Positions 11,549 to 24,583 of a stretch of DNA of 64,000 bases are shown here, one piece after another. Origin of the DNA: Balanoglossus misakiensis (Eukaryota > Animalia > Hemichordata); the NCBI GenBank assembly GCA_040954595.2, contig CM082593.2, forward strand, positions 9,681,200-9,745,199, written 5' to 3'. The position numbers and the translations under genes are program-made. Positions within the stretch are counted from its first letter, which is position 1; each line of letters begins with the position of its first letter. The notes under the pieces were generated by a model. The model saw nothing but the letters and a program-made list of their open reading frames with translations, was not told the DNA's origin and searched no databases.

Positions 11549-14025
11549 TCAAATAATATCCATGTCCCAAAAACCACTGTTCAAAACTGCATTGAACTCA
11601 CTTCTGAATTCTACGAAGTTGGCATATGACAATGGCAGTTCAAGCACATTGCCACATGTGTGAGCAACTGGACGACGTTGTAAACCATCAAGTTTAACAA
11701 ATGACACTTGAATCGGCTCTGCTGTCATTATGTCACAACCAGTGCAATATCTCAGGAACTTCTTTAGAGTACTTTGTTCAAGTTCACGGATATATCGTTT
11801 TAAGTGATTAGCAACAGCCCTCTCATCATTATTCAAGCATTCGGCGATTTGAAGATGTTGTAGGACTTTCTTTGTTGTTGGTTTCTTGTCATTATACAGT
11901 CTATCCAAGTTCTCTTTGCCAATTTGTTTGCCTAATGGCTGTAAGATTGGTCGCCAACTATCAATGACAAACATTGGCTCTTGTACTATCTCTTTATGCG
12001 CTATTTCGTGCAGAATGGATCCAATGTTTTCTTTGGTTGGCAGTCTTTTACAGTCATGTCGGTCTAACACTTCAATTAACTCATCTTCTTCTACTTCTTG
12101 AAAGTTCTTCATTGCAGCTTCAAATACTTCACGGTCCGATTCAGACAGGAAGTGATAATACACTTGAAGTAGACTTGCCTCTTCACACTTCTGGTCTCCA
12201 AACATTACTTCTTCCATGAATGGCTTTGCAAACTCAATAGGGAAGTAATCCATTTCCTTCCAACCCTTCATGATTATTCTTGCTACAGCTTCCCATTTTT
12301 CTCTTGGGTAATCATGCCTAATGAATGGCACCCGGCAATTCTTTCCAACTGTGCAACATTCATAGAACTCGGACCAAAAACTTGTAAAACAGTCTCTCAC
12401 AACTCCACTACCACTACCACGCTCAATATTACCTCCTGGCATAACCATGGCCACATTGATAGGACATGCCATAATCTTTGGATCTGAGAATTCTGAAATC
12501 ATGTCATTCAAAACATCACTCCTGTGTATTACAAGTGTTCTAGTCTCCACTGGGTCTTGATCTTCACTGATATGACTGGTAGTGTCTTGGGGCTGGGATT
12601 GGCTAACAGGTTCATCATTTTCAAAGAACGGCAATGTAGAATCAAGGCTTTCTGCTGAGTTACTATTGGAACCCCGTGATCCAAACTGAACAATGTTTGA
12701 ATCATTATCACTAATCACCAGTGGTTCTGCATCAGAATCGACTGTCTCTAATGTGACTTCAGAACCTACGTCAGGGATGGGTTCAGACTGGAATCTGCTA
12801 CAACTGGGCATACCATGATCATGGTGAACTGTATCTAGGATATGCTTATTGTGGTTTCCTGCACTTGGTACACCTGCATCATTGCTCTCATCAGACAACA
12901 TATCAATAGATTCCTGTGGAAGAGCTTGTGACTGTCCCTTGCTTGCTTGTCTCGTCTTTGCCGGTGGAACTGGCACATGCCTATCAAGTCCTGGATCAGG
13001 TAGATCAGCATCACTGCTGTCATCTGACAATGACACTGATTCTAATTGTGACTGCTTACTTGTTTGTCTGCTCTTCTTTTTAGGTTTCACTACCTGTTCA
13101 CAGTCTTTTCTCTTTGTCATAATGTAGAAGCGGAGCATTCTAAATCCAGTTACTTCATACAATTCGCCAACGGTGCTTGTTTCATCAATTGTTCTTTCTC
13201 CTGAATCTCTTATGTCAACGTGATAACTGTCCATGTCTCCTCGCTGTGATACGCCGTTGGGGAAAAACAAATCTTTTCCTGTAGTCAGGAGATCAGCTTT
13301 CGTGCTCGACTTACTTACTGATATACACCTTGTTCCACCACCTTTCTGGCTCGAACTTGCTTGTATTCTTTTTCAATGAAATCAAAATCAAGCCATCCTA
13401 TTTCAATTTTCCGCTTTATTTTTGCTGCATGTGTATTACCAAATGGTCTTGGTCTAGTTGAGGCTTGTCCACGATTACCTTTACTTGATTCTCCCTTGTC
13501 ATCTGATACACTATTCTGCTTTCCATTTCGAAGGCTAAATTTTTGTCTTATTTTTTTCAGTAGTTCTGACTTCCTGCTCTCTCTGGAACAGTACAAAATA
13601 ATCTGCGAGAGAAGTCCACAGCAGCAACTCTGTCCCCATAAGATGTCAAATACTTAGATAACATCTCATCATCCATTAAGAGGATCACCGATGGATCAAT
13701 CTGAAAATCAATTTAAAGCACATGGAATCTTAGTGCATGCATATTGGCAGAGGGTGCGGGGGGTCTCGCTAAATACATACATACATACATACATACATAC
13801 ATACATACATACATACGGGTACATACATACAAACAAACAAACAAACAAAGATGGAAAGACTGTCAATGAATATTTTTCCACCTACTAGCCTTAAAGCTCA
13901 TTTAGCCATATTTACATATATGCAACAAGAACTAATAAAAAATTTACCTTTTCCTGTTCAAGTCTGTCAATTTCCTCTTCAGGCACTCTGCGTCGTCTAA
14001 GAAATTCATATAGTTTTTCTGCCAT
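11549..14025 (-). pseudogene. Transposon-borne SAM-like/ubiquitin-like/HECT E3 ligase gene (exon 14025-13948, exon from 13700), two frameshifts
   Basis: HECT motifs: LVIHRSDVLNDMISEF, GSGVVRDCFTSFW, FLRYCTG, RRPVAHTCGNVLELPLSY (catalytic Cys position). N-terminal MAEKLYEFL..IDPSVILLMDDEMLSKYLTSYGDR. Frameshifts at about 13600 and 13340. Confidence 0.85.
13773..13849. repeat. (TACA)n/(AAAC)n microsatellite in the HECT-gene intron
   Basis: Direct reading. Confidence 0.95.
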
Positions 14026-14286
14026 TTTGTCTGATCTGTTTGCTGAGGTAATATTTTTCTGTAAGGAAAATCAACAACAGTTAAATCAAAACTGATGTAC
14101 CTAAAGACAAGCATGAAATAATGCATCAACTTGATTTTATGAACAGTTTGGGAAATTTGAGAATATTATCTCAGAAGGAAAAACTATCTACTTTCTCACC
14201 TTGAATAAAGTTGATATTTCACCAAAAATTACAGTGAAGCAAGAATTTTGTTCAGAATTTTTGGTGAGGAAACTTCTCAATTGTCA

Positions 14287-14421
14287 ACATACATACATAC
14301 ATACATACATACATACTGGTACATACATACATACATACATACATACATACATACATACATACATACATACATGCATACATACATACATACATACATACAT
14401 ACATACATACATACATACATA
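14287..14421. repeat. (CATA)n microsatellite
   Basis: Direct reading. Confidence 0.95.
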
Positions 14422-14586
14422 CAATTTAAAATAATTTAGGGAGTGATTAAGACTTCAACTTGGACTCTATTGATAATAATATAACTCTTTGTAATAAATG
14501 CCATCGGTGCTTAAATCTTCAATATTAAATCAAGTCAATCAATGTGCACAAACATTACACACACACTCATTAATACATAGAGACAG

Positions 14587-14624
<38 letters not shown>

Positions 14625-14995
14625 ACAGTTCCTATTTTGCTTTAATTTTTTTGTTTGAAACTTTCATATCAACTGAAGAGTTGTTGACGTTTGACCTTGG
14701 ATGTACTGAGGTCACCATACACACTCACATTTGTCTGTGTCATAATCACAGACTGAAGCAAAGTAAAATAAATCACAGCAGCTGTACTGATGTTAACATT
14801 GCATTGTTTAAAATTCAAGATCAAGTTAAAGTGCATTTATTTATTGGAAGAATCCAGTTATGGCAACTTGATCCTAGGCGATGTAACTATCCGCCCCACA
14901 CACAAGTTGAATCATGTATGATATATGTTTCAAACAGCGCGGCATAAGGCCAGAGTTAGCCTCAAGTTGTGATGGCATATATATATATATATATA

Positions 14996-17662
14996 CACTG
15001 GGCAAAAAGGTTGATATACATTCAGTATTTTCACGTATATGGACACGTAGATCAGGAATATGCGCAAGTATACAATAGTCTGCACAGTTGTACATCTACA
15101 ATCTGCACCACGTATATGTGACGTATATTCACGTATATGGAACATACCAATGTGTTAGTATACGTGCATGTATATCTATGAAGATCACGGGTGTGCACAA
15201 CGCAGACCAATGCAGATCAAGTGCACACTATAAACATTCCAACGTATTTGTACACATTCTCAGTGCATATCTTCCTTGCTATTTGCATGACTGTGTTATT
15301 AGCATACGTTACATCATCATCACAGACATTTACATTTGCATAGTTGAGTTCACGTTCCTGGTATTTTTACGTATATTTAACGCAGACCCTTCCAGAAATT
15401 ACCATACATTATGTCATCATTGTTGGCAAATATTTGCAAAATAATTTTGGGGTCATATTTAAATTACCCCAAAGGTCACAATTCTGGGGTCATCCTTCAT
15501 GGTCAGGATTTGACCTTTCCTTCTTATTCACCTTTGCTGTAAATTTGTTACTATTAATCTGCTTTGAGATGCAACTGCATTTCAAAGCAGATCAATAGCA
15601 ACAAATCGGTAAAAGCATATTTCAAGCCGATTCACTTCCTCCCATCATGCATCAACAAAAAACTGCTCACATAATAAAATTCACTTAAAAGGTAATTTTA
15701 TTTAAAACATATAAAATGATTAAAGACATTACATGGACAAAGAACAAAAAGTGTTTTGTTTTTAAATGCAAACCTAAAATCTGAAAAATAATCCTCAAAG
15801 TCTAGCTTCATTCAGTAACTCCAAAATACCATGAAAAATTTGCTTCATCTGTCATCATCAGATCGCCTGCTAGCACCATGTTATCCTATTAAGATTTGTC
15901 TTCAAAATCCACCATCTTGCCATGACTCTGTAGAAGCTGTCAAAAAGAAAAGAAAAAGAGTATTTAGTTTGGTCATCTTAAGCACTTATCTTTGACTGCA
16001 GTGCCTATGAGCTATAGTTTAGAATCTATCCGTTCGTAGTCGCATTCACCCTAGTAGTAGTAGGGTGAATGCGACTACGAACGGATAGATTCTAGACTAA
16101 TGAGCTACAACTTTGGGGAAGTCTGAACCACTGGCAGTTTATATAGAGTGGGCTGTAAACACCTTCACCTGGAACACAGCGACAAGTCAGTCCGTTCTGT
16201 TTTTACCTTTGTCGCCAACATGACTGCACTGTTTAAGTTTATAATAAACGTCCCCCATTGTTTTTAGTTTATGGGTGAAAATGTCTCATTTGCATATAAC
16301 AAATCGGGCCATGGGAAATGTCTTCACACCTTCCAAATGTATACTTTGTTATCTGTCATGTTGACAAGGTACAAAAAGCATACAGATTCAGTGTGCTGTT
16401 ATCGCAACCGAGGTCAAATAGTTATGACTGAATAGTTGCTAACTATCACGCGTAAGAGCATGGTGTGGTTAGAGCTACCAAGTATCAAAGCTCAGTAGCT
16501 GATAAAATATCTGAACGTCAGCTATTCTGGCAATCCAGCAATCCCGCGCTTATATGCATCTTTTGTTTGTCGTCAACCATGAAACACCAAGCTGTAGCAC
16601 ACACATGGAAATCAACCCAGTTTGTTTATCTTTTGTTCTAGCTAATCCTCAAGGCCTTTGATCTTGGCCGATGTTCCGCGTCTTTTTTTCTCTACGGGTT
16701 ATGCTCAATGTTATAAATCATACTACACCAAATTGAATGAAAAGTCTTAGAATAAAAGAGATATACTTACTCGTTGGTTGTATCAGATTAATCTTCTATG
16801 GTTACATAAAGCTGAGTGCTTTACCTGCCGCTGCAAAGTAAAACAAGGGACATTTGAGATAACAATACAAATGCTTGGTGGAAATGTCAAATTGTCAATC
16901 AAAACCTGTTTCTAGTTCTACATAGACATGCTTGATGCACTAATGCAAACGGCAGAAATAAAAAGGACTCGGACTAACAACGAGTAGAAATAGTGTCAAA
17001 ACGCAGACATATGGGTGGGGTGGATATGGACAAGACCAAAACACGATGTATGCTTAAACTTACAAAAATCATACGATCCGGTCTTCCTTTGTTGGTGCAT
17101 AGATTATCACCGCCGCATGTCGATTTTCCCTCAAAGACTTCTGTTCTGCGTCCAGACTATCAAGTTTCTGTGACAACTCTTCTTTCGCTTTGTCTGGTGT
17201 TGAAACAAACTTATGCACACGGTTGACGGCGTACAGTGACTGCCAGCGGTGCTGGTGTTTCTATGTACCGGAGGTGGACGTCGTAAAACGTCGTAAAACA
17301 ACCAGCGTTTTGCGACATAAAGTGGCCGCAGAAGTGCGACCCAGATCTTTCATCAAACTTTTGAAAGCGTCTGCTTTTAAAAACGGGTGGTCCAAATAAT
17401 CCTAATAATTAGCATGAATATACGTACATATACATGGATGTATACTGTAGGCACACTATTCGGTAGAAAATAACTACAAATACGTAGATCTGCGGAACGT
17501 ATATGTAAGAGAACGTGTACATGATGTATACTTCACGTATTTGTACATATATCTAGCAGCTTGCATTTGTTACGTAAATGCACGTATATGAAACGTATAT
17601 GTCAAATGTACAAACTTAGTAGTTTTACGTATATTGTCGTATATCAATCATTTTGCCCAGTG
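14996..17662. mobile_element. Non-autonomous EnSpm/CACTA-like element (CACTG termini) nested in the IS3EU element
   Basis: TIR CACTGGGCAAAAAGGTTGATATAC / GTATATCAATCATTTTGCCCAGTG, many subterminal ACGTATAT motifs at both ends, flanked by (TA)n. Confidence 0.7.
16015..16099. mobile_element. 85-bp hairpin MITE with 8-bp TSD
   Basis: Near-perfect palindrome TAGTTTAGAATCTATCCGTTCG..CGAACGGATAGATTCTAGACTA; TSD ATGAGCTA at 16007-16014 and 16100-16107. Confidence 0.9.
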
Positions 17663-18105
17663 ATATATATTGATGGCATATGTTACATCATGAATCAAAA
17701 ATCAAGCAAGTTAAGTTGAGTACGAGATACTGACAAGAACGTCTCAGTCAACCTATTGCATGCAGCACATTGTCAACGTCGCGTCGATCGTGTTTGGCAT
17801 GATCATGATGACGCTTGACGTGCAAGGCGACTCAATAGATTGCCACATCACAAACCAGTACAAATTGTGCATCGTGTGGTCATGTTACGTGTACGACAAA
17901 TCTAACGGTTATGAGAAGGAGGTAAAATCTCAACTTACCAACACTCAGTCAGTCTGATAAGATACGATGCAGCATGTAAGGCAGAATCCGACGAAAAGTC
18001 CTGGTACTAGGTCAAGCTAGTAAAAGAACGCCATATTCTCTGTACCGATACACCGCCCTCTCTGGACAGTCTCCGTACCAATACACCCGCCCTCTTTAGA
18101 CAAAT

Positions 18106-18340
18106 TTATCTCGAGATCTCGAGATAAAAACATAAAAAGTCGGGAAAACGAATTGGAATTATCTCGAGATCTCGAGATAAAAAAATAAAAAGTCGGGAAA
18201 ACGAACTTGAATTATCTCGAGATCTCGAGATAAAAAAATAAAAAGTCGGGAAAACGAATTGGAATTATCTCGAGATCTCGAGATAAAAAAATAAAAAGTC
18301 AGGAAAACGAATAGCATTATCTCGAGATCTCGAGATAATT
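18106..18340. repeat. Right subterminal array of IS3EU: 5 palindrome copies
   Basis: Same TTATCTCGAGATCTCGAGATAA unit, inverted relative to the left array. Confidence 0.95.
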
Positions 18341-19367
18341 TTTTATTTATTGCGTATGTACATGTCCCCAACTGGCTTTCATATAAAACCACTGCATCAG
18401 GTGAATCTCAATTTTTAAGAGCGATACTTCAAACATGCAGCACTGTTTACAAATCGGGGTCAAAGGTTATACAAGAATAACCATGTACAGTTGGTATTTT
18501 TCGGATGTACCTCTGGCCATGGCCTTGGTCTATAAATTGTTCTTGACAACATATATTTTTAAAGATTTTGGTTTACTGAATTACATCTATAGCTTATAGT
18601 GATGGCTGTTTACCTAATAATTATTTTAACAACGCCAACTTAGCTGGCGCTGGATCGAGGGTACAGGACTATCCTAGGTCAAGGGTCAATCGTGAATGTT
18701 TTGGTCGCGAATCAGCTGATCTTTTACAACAGCGTGTTACGCCCCTTTTTTAAATTTCTCATGAGTGGAGACGTCAGTGAAAGAACATATTTCGGATAAT
18801 GGAGCATTCTTGGCAGTGTTTTCAAAGGGTTTCGCAACCTTTCTACATGGGACGCGGCGGCGCTTGGCAGAACTTCGCGAGGTGGTCGTCATCACAGGTC
18901 GCACCGTAGTTGAGAGAGAGAGCCATGACACTGACAGAGCCGGGTGAGTGATTGAGATCCTGGATCAGTTGCCGTCACTCAGATCACTAGACATTCTCTC
19001 TCATTAGGGTGTAGCTACGGTGTTGCCACGGGACCTACGACGTTTTATCGTGACGTCGGTGTTGCCCCGACCGGCCAGGGAAGTATATCAGATATGATGA
19101 GTCCGGTGATGACTTGGCTTTACGGCAGTCGCTGTGCCTGTAGATAAAGGAAAGGAACAGTACAACGCGCCGCCAGTGTGATTAGCATCGCTTGGAGCAA
19201 GACTAGATGACAGACATCGCCAGGGTCGTTGGCAAGACCTTGGCGGGCAGAGATGTGTGACACAGGTCCTCCTACAGGTAAGCCAGTCTTAATTCTTTTA
19301 CATGCTTTTCAGAGTCAGCTTTTTGAGATGGTGAGATCTCTGTCGTGTGGTTTCTCTGTGTGACCTT

Positions 19368-19413
19368 TAGCTCTGCATACAGCCGGGAACACACAGACCT
19401 GTACGCAGAGCTA
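19368..19413. mobile_element. 46-bp TAG..CTA hairpin insertion with 8-9-bp TSD
   Basis: TAGCTCTGCATACAG..CTGTACGCAGAGCTA flanked by TGTGACCTT on both sides. Confidence 0.65.
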
Positions 19414-20345
19414 TGTGACCTTCTGAGTCATATAATAATGTCACATTTAGTACTACTATGGAAACACAGCTAGGGGGAGGGTGGAGGGGGGGGGGGTTCT
19501 ATGCTGGTTTCCCCCATCATAGACCCACCCGTGACCCCCACCACAAAAATCTGTAGTGAAACAACAGCCAAACCAGTGCACTATATCACAGTCCCTCTAT
19601 TACATACTGTGACTGTATAAGCTAAAAAATAAGACATTCACTTTTTGAAATAAACATTTCTCTGTTAATTATCTCTGAAAGCTTGATATAGGAGAACATT
19701 TCGGTTACTTCAATGTCACCATTGTTTTCACTACTATCACGTAACAAGCAATTTAAATTACCTTCGCAAAAACAGTATGCTCTATGTTTTTTTGTTAACG
19801 CTTTGAGATGTCTGGCTCAAATCTGCGTGAATGCAAGCTGTCATAACTTTTGTACAAAGTAGTGTCTCATTTTTTTTAAAGCAACTAGCTTGATTTTTAA
19901 AATGAAAAAAACTTCTGATATACTAGGAATAGTAGGATTTATTCACTGCTCCAGAAGTTTTCTGAATTACAATGCACTTAACGGGACATTAGCTGTAACT
20001 TTTGGCTTTAATTGATGTACATATATTTTTGTTCTGAGTATCAATGGGAATTTCTTGTTCTACTCCAAACAGCATGCTAATATACCCATTTATACTTCAC
20101 TTGTCAACATAGCCCGTGAATGTGTAATGTTATCATTCACATTTTTTTACTACTGTTACGTAAATATGCAACATGTCTAAAAAATATGTTTTTATAGAAT
20201 ATATTTATTTATTTAGAGTAAAATGTTTTTGGTGACATTTAAATATTTAGTGGATGGTATTTTATACATCAATTGTGGGTTTCAACAAATTGTTGGGAGT
20301 AGCACAAGAATCTTAAGTGGCCACATAGAATTAATTTTCAACCTT

Positions 20346-20522
20346 CAGTAAAACCTGTCAAAACCAAACCCTGTCTAATCTGGAAACCTGTCTATACTGA
20401 ACACCTTTTCAGTACCTTCGACATAGAATCACATGTTAAAAGAACCTTTACAAACTGGAAATGTCTGTAAACTGAACAATTTCTTCAGTGCCTTCAGTGT
20501 TCGGTTCAGACAGGTTTTACTG
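20346..20522. mobile_element. Tc1/pogo-type MITE
   Basis: CAGTAAAACCTGTC..GACAGGTTTTACTG followed by TA; related CAGTCAAACCTGTC ends at about 31128, 51567 and 56535. Confidence 0.6.
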
Positions 20523-20529
20523 TATTTAA

Positions 20530-21573
20530 TTTCTCACACTGCTGGCCGCTGGGAGTGTGGGATAGGATATCCCCGACGAGTGTGAGAAATACGATCTCAG
20601 GTCCTTGGTAGACTGTCGACAGTCCCTCGCGCCTAATGTGTATCGATACGGCGTTTCGTGCGAGGGCCGAAGGCCCGATTCGGCGTTTCGTGGTGCGAGG
20701 GCCGTGAGGCCCGAGGGACTGTTATAGCTTGTAAGCCTTGCCTTGATATTAATTATGCATGCAGAAAATGACGTAGTAAAATTTGCATAAGGGGGCGTAA
20801 ATCAGCGGCGAAACTATCGAAACAACTAAAACTATCGATGATGGTTCCTCGGTAAATTCGCCGATTCTGTCCAAGAGAAAAGGTGCGATTTCATAAGCCA
20901 AATTTCCCACTGCCCGTTGGCGACGCAACAAAAACATCTTTGCCGTTGGTCAATGAGTTTATGACGTATATTAACTGTCAATCATTTTACAGGGGCATTT
21001 TCCCACAGTGCCCGTGTGAGGGCGAAACAAGGTATAACAGTCCCTCGGGCCACGCCCTCGGGCCTTACGGCCATCGCACCACGAAACGCCGAGTCGGGCC
21101 TTAGGCCCACAAAAGATACGGGCCTTACGGCCCTCGCACGAAACGCCGAATCGATACACATTAGGCGCGAGGGACTGTCGACAGTCTAGTCCTTGGGAGT
21201 GTGAGATTCTATTATTCTCACACTCTCACTGAATCGAAAGCTGTATATGACGCGAGCGCTGATTGGTTGACAAAGAGTTCTTTCTCTTCGCGCACTAAAT
21301 GTTATCCAATGGCGTGATGTGTATTACAGGCACAGAACTATAACGTGCCCCCAGACGACAGTTCCAGAGTCATTTATTCAATGTTTTAACGAATTTGGCT
21401 AATTTGTGACCGTGTGAGAAAAATAATCTCACACACCAAGGACCTGGGATCGTATTTCTCACACTCGTCAGGGATATTTTGTCCCACACTCGCCTGCGGC
21501 TCGTGTGTGACAGAAAATCCCCAACTCGTGTGAGAAATACGATCCCAGGTCCTTGGGAGTGTGAGATTCTATT
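20530..21573. mobile_element. Non-autonomous fold-back element built of GAGTGTGAGAA motifs, possibly Crypton-dependent
   Basis: Long imperfect hairpin centred on CTCGCCTGCGGCTCG (about 21490-21503); inverted homologous copy at about 55695-56091; no TSD seen. Confidence 0.45.
20609..21188. mobile_element. MITE with long TIRs (TAG..CTA) and 8-bp TSD
   Basis: TAGACTGTCGACAGTCCCTCGCGCCTAATGTGTATCGAT TIR; TSD GTCCTTGG at 20601-20608 and 21189-21196. Confidence 0.9.
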
Positions 21574-22693
21574 AATCCCAAATGTCATAGCAGCTGCCCC
21601 TTTAAAACAATTTCTTTAAAAAATGTGTTTCTAATAGATTTGGTCAGGTGGAAAAGTATGTCACATACTGTTTTCACTGAACACTGATGTGGTTGCAATT
21701 TTATTGACACAAATTGAATCACACTATGCATCACATTAGACTTAGGGGTAAACCATTTTATATTTAGGAGAGTGCAGTTTAGTTTCTACTCTGCCTATTC
21801 TCTGATGTTTTTTCTTTACTATTTGGCAGAGGCAAAATGCAGACTAGTTATGGAAGTGTTCCTAAGTAACTATGCATAAATTATTTCTATTAATCTAAGC
21901 ACATTATGTAAAATATAAATCAACCAGGTAGACTCATGTCTCCCCCTACAGTAATGGTGACAATTCTTTTTATAGTACCCAACTTACTCAAGTAAACACA
22001 CTTAATGTTAGCAAACAGTCCTATAGATATAGCCTGGTCCCCTGTCCCATTCCTGCTGCTGGTAGTGACAGCAGGGTTAGAAAGTGGGCAGAGAACAAGA
22101 GTATCTTACAGGCCTCTTTCATGACCCCTGTGTGACCTTACATCCTGGTGATTTGTTGGTTTGACATCATTCATCATTCAATGTTAAATACAACAGCTAA
22201 TCTTTCTAACACAGGCAATGTTTAACAGTTTTGTTCAAGGATGAGAAAAAATGCATTGATTTAATAGCGTGGTTGGTAAACTCGAAATTGTATACTCACA
22301 CCGACAAAAAGCCAGGATGTAGAGGTCAAAAGGGGTCATAAAAGTGGCATGATATAGCACAGTTGCCAGTGGTGTAATGTTTATATAAACTGTGCAACTT
22401 CATTCATATTTCTTAGTGGCAGTAATGTTATTATAAATATAAACTGACATCTGAAATCACTTTGCGATGTCGAAATTCAGTGGGAAGAAACAAACGCCAA
22501 AAGTTACCACATTTTATACTGACACTTATTTGTTTTGTACAGTTTACCCTATGGATCCAGCTATCATAGGAATAGGTGCAATAATTGTAGCTTTGGTGGG
22601 CTGGTTGATCGCTTATGGGCTTGATCAATCATCCCATCTAGGCTACAATTATTGCAGATATCATAGGAAGGGCACATTGGGAACCCCCCCCCC

Positions 22694-22724
<31 letters not shown>

Positions 22725-22783
22725 ATTTGGGCGACAACACAATATATATATATGATGCAGTCTACAAGTTGCACCGAAATATC

Positions 22784-23480
22784 TTTAGGTCCCATTTGTA
22801 CATACTGGTGGTACCTCATGAGATCGGTTGCGTCTGTATGGATGTATGTCCGTTCACATCAAAAACTTGAAAACCGCTGAGCATATAACCTCGATATTTG
22901 GTGTGCAGATGCAGGCAGGGCTGTAGATGGGAGTTTGTTCAAATGAAGTTGTTGGGAAAAACGTAAATTTGGCCAAAACTCAGAAACTCAACAACCACTG
23001 GTCATATTGATTTGAAAATTGGTATGCATGTACCTTATATTAACCTCACACAGTTGTGTATGTTTTGAACTAATAGTTTGAATTTTCTATAATTTATGTA
23101 TTTTTTTGTCTTTTTCCACATTTTTGGTAAAAAATCTACTTTTCTGGAATTGATGACCTGACTTCTTTGAAATTTAGTATGGGGCTTCATATAGGTGATG
23201 TGAGTTATCAAAGTTTTGTTTAAATTTGCTGCAAAATTTGCAAATTTATAATTTTGGTGCAAATTTTGCCTTTTTGATCAATTTTTTTCTGTAAAACCAT
23301 TTGTCAGATTGCTTTGAAATTTGGTAGGCATAGAGATGTGTGTTTGTCAAATCAATTTGTAGAATTCAATAGTATATTTTTGGGGTGAATTTTGCCATTT
23401 TTGGTCAAAACTCTTTCTCAGAACCCTCTACCCCATTGCTTTGAAATTTGATTTGAAGGTTCCATGGTGAGTTGTCATGA
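22784..23480 (+). mobile_element. Helentron/DINE-1-like (HINE) non-autonomous repeat; inverted copy at about 25465-25945
   Basis: TTTAGGTCCC start with short hairpin, GTAT/GGAT microsatellite and recurring TTGAAATTTGG motifs; homologous to the minus strand of 25700-25945. Right boundary approximate. Confidence 0.4.
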
Positions 23481-24583
23481 TGATTTACAAAACCTATGAT
23501 GAAAGTGTCAATGTTTTGTGGGGGCAATGTCTTGTATTTTGGGGGTATATTTACCAATTTTGATAAAAAATTATATTTCTCAGAAAGTGTACACTGTATG
23601 GCTGATTTCTATAAATTTTAGTTGTAAGTTAATGGGATTGGCTTCTTTAGAATTATTATGAAATCATATCATAGGTAATTTGGAATTTCTACTGGGCTTG
23701 CGTTTGATATTTTATTTTTTACGCGCAGTGCACGCAAAGAGCCAATTTTTTTTTCGTGAAATTGTATTTGAAATACGTGCAACAAAATAGCGATAGACAA
23801 GCAGGCTTTCAGATAAACATACTTGAATGAGTTCTCCCTTCATGTCTAGATGGCCCAACACAAAAAATATCATTTAGAATGTAGCGAATAAAGTACATAA
23901 ACATCATGAAAGAGACTGTGTACAGTGGTCCCCCCCCCCCCCCCCCCCCCCCCCGATACATATTAAGTACAGACAAGGTATGGAATTCTTGTGTTATATC
24001 ATCAAGGAAAATGACCCAGAAGCCCTACTTGCTTTGTTATATCTAATGGCTTCTGTGTGCATAAATTATAGCCCGACACGTGTCAAGTTTGTGGCCTAGG
24101 TTACCGCACGTACATCATTGTGCGTCCTGCTACAGCATACAAGCGCGCGTACGCGTACATGTGTACAGGGCGCCTGACCGGCCAACCTTGACAAGGCGCT
24201 CCAGATAGCCTCGCCCGCTGTTATCTTTCAATGGATTTTTTGTGTGTGCATGTCACGCAACTGTGACAAAATATTTGCGCGCACACATTGTAGTTTTGTG
24301 TTATTTAGTGTTATTTTAAATGGGTGTCACACCGATTTAATCAGCCTCCATTCAAAGAGTACACAACAGTCGTGTTATGCATTAGCAAAAGATGATAAAC
24401 TGATGCGGATACAATCAATATAGCTTAATGGTGATGATTCTAAAGCAGAAGGCTAATTGTCATTAGTATCATACATGCAGAGCCTGAATTTGCCACTTTC
24501 TATTGTTCTCACCAAATTTAGTGTAATAACCCATAAGTACCACCCTCTAATTTTAAAGAACACTAATTATGGAAGCCCATTAA

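Larger units (their letters stand above)
7547..18383. mobile_element. IS3EU-type DNA transposon, complete
   Basis: TIRs TATGAAAGCCAGTTGGGGACATGTACATACGCAATAAATAAAAAA / reverse complement ending 18383; 6-bp TSD TAAAAC at 7541-7546 and 18384-18389; IS3/integrase-like transposase plus a convergent second gene. Confidence 0.9.

Noticed and set aside
11549-13270. Host G2E3 or other cellular HECT ligase gene
   Set aside because: It lies inside TIRs and a TSD, lacks PHD/RING/WW domains, and the HECT region is intronless.
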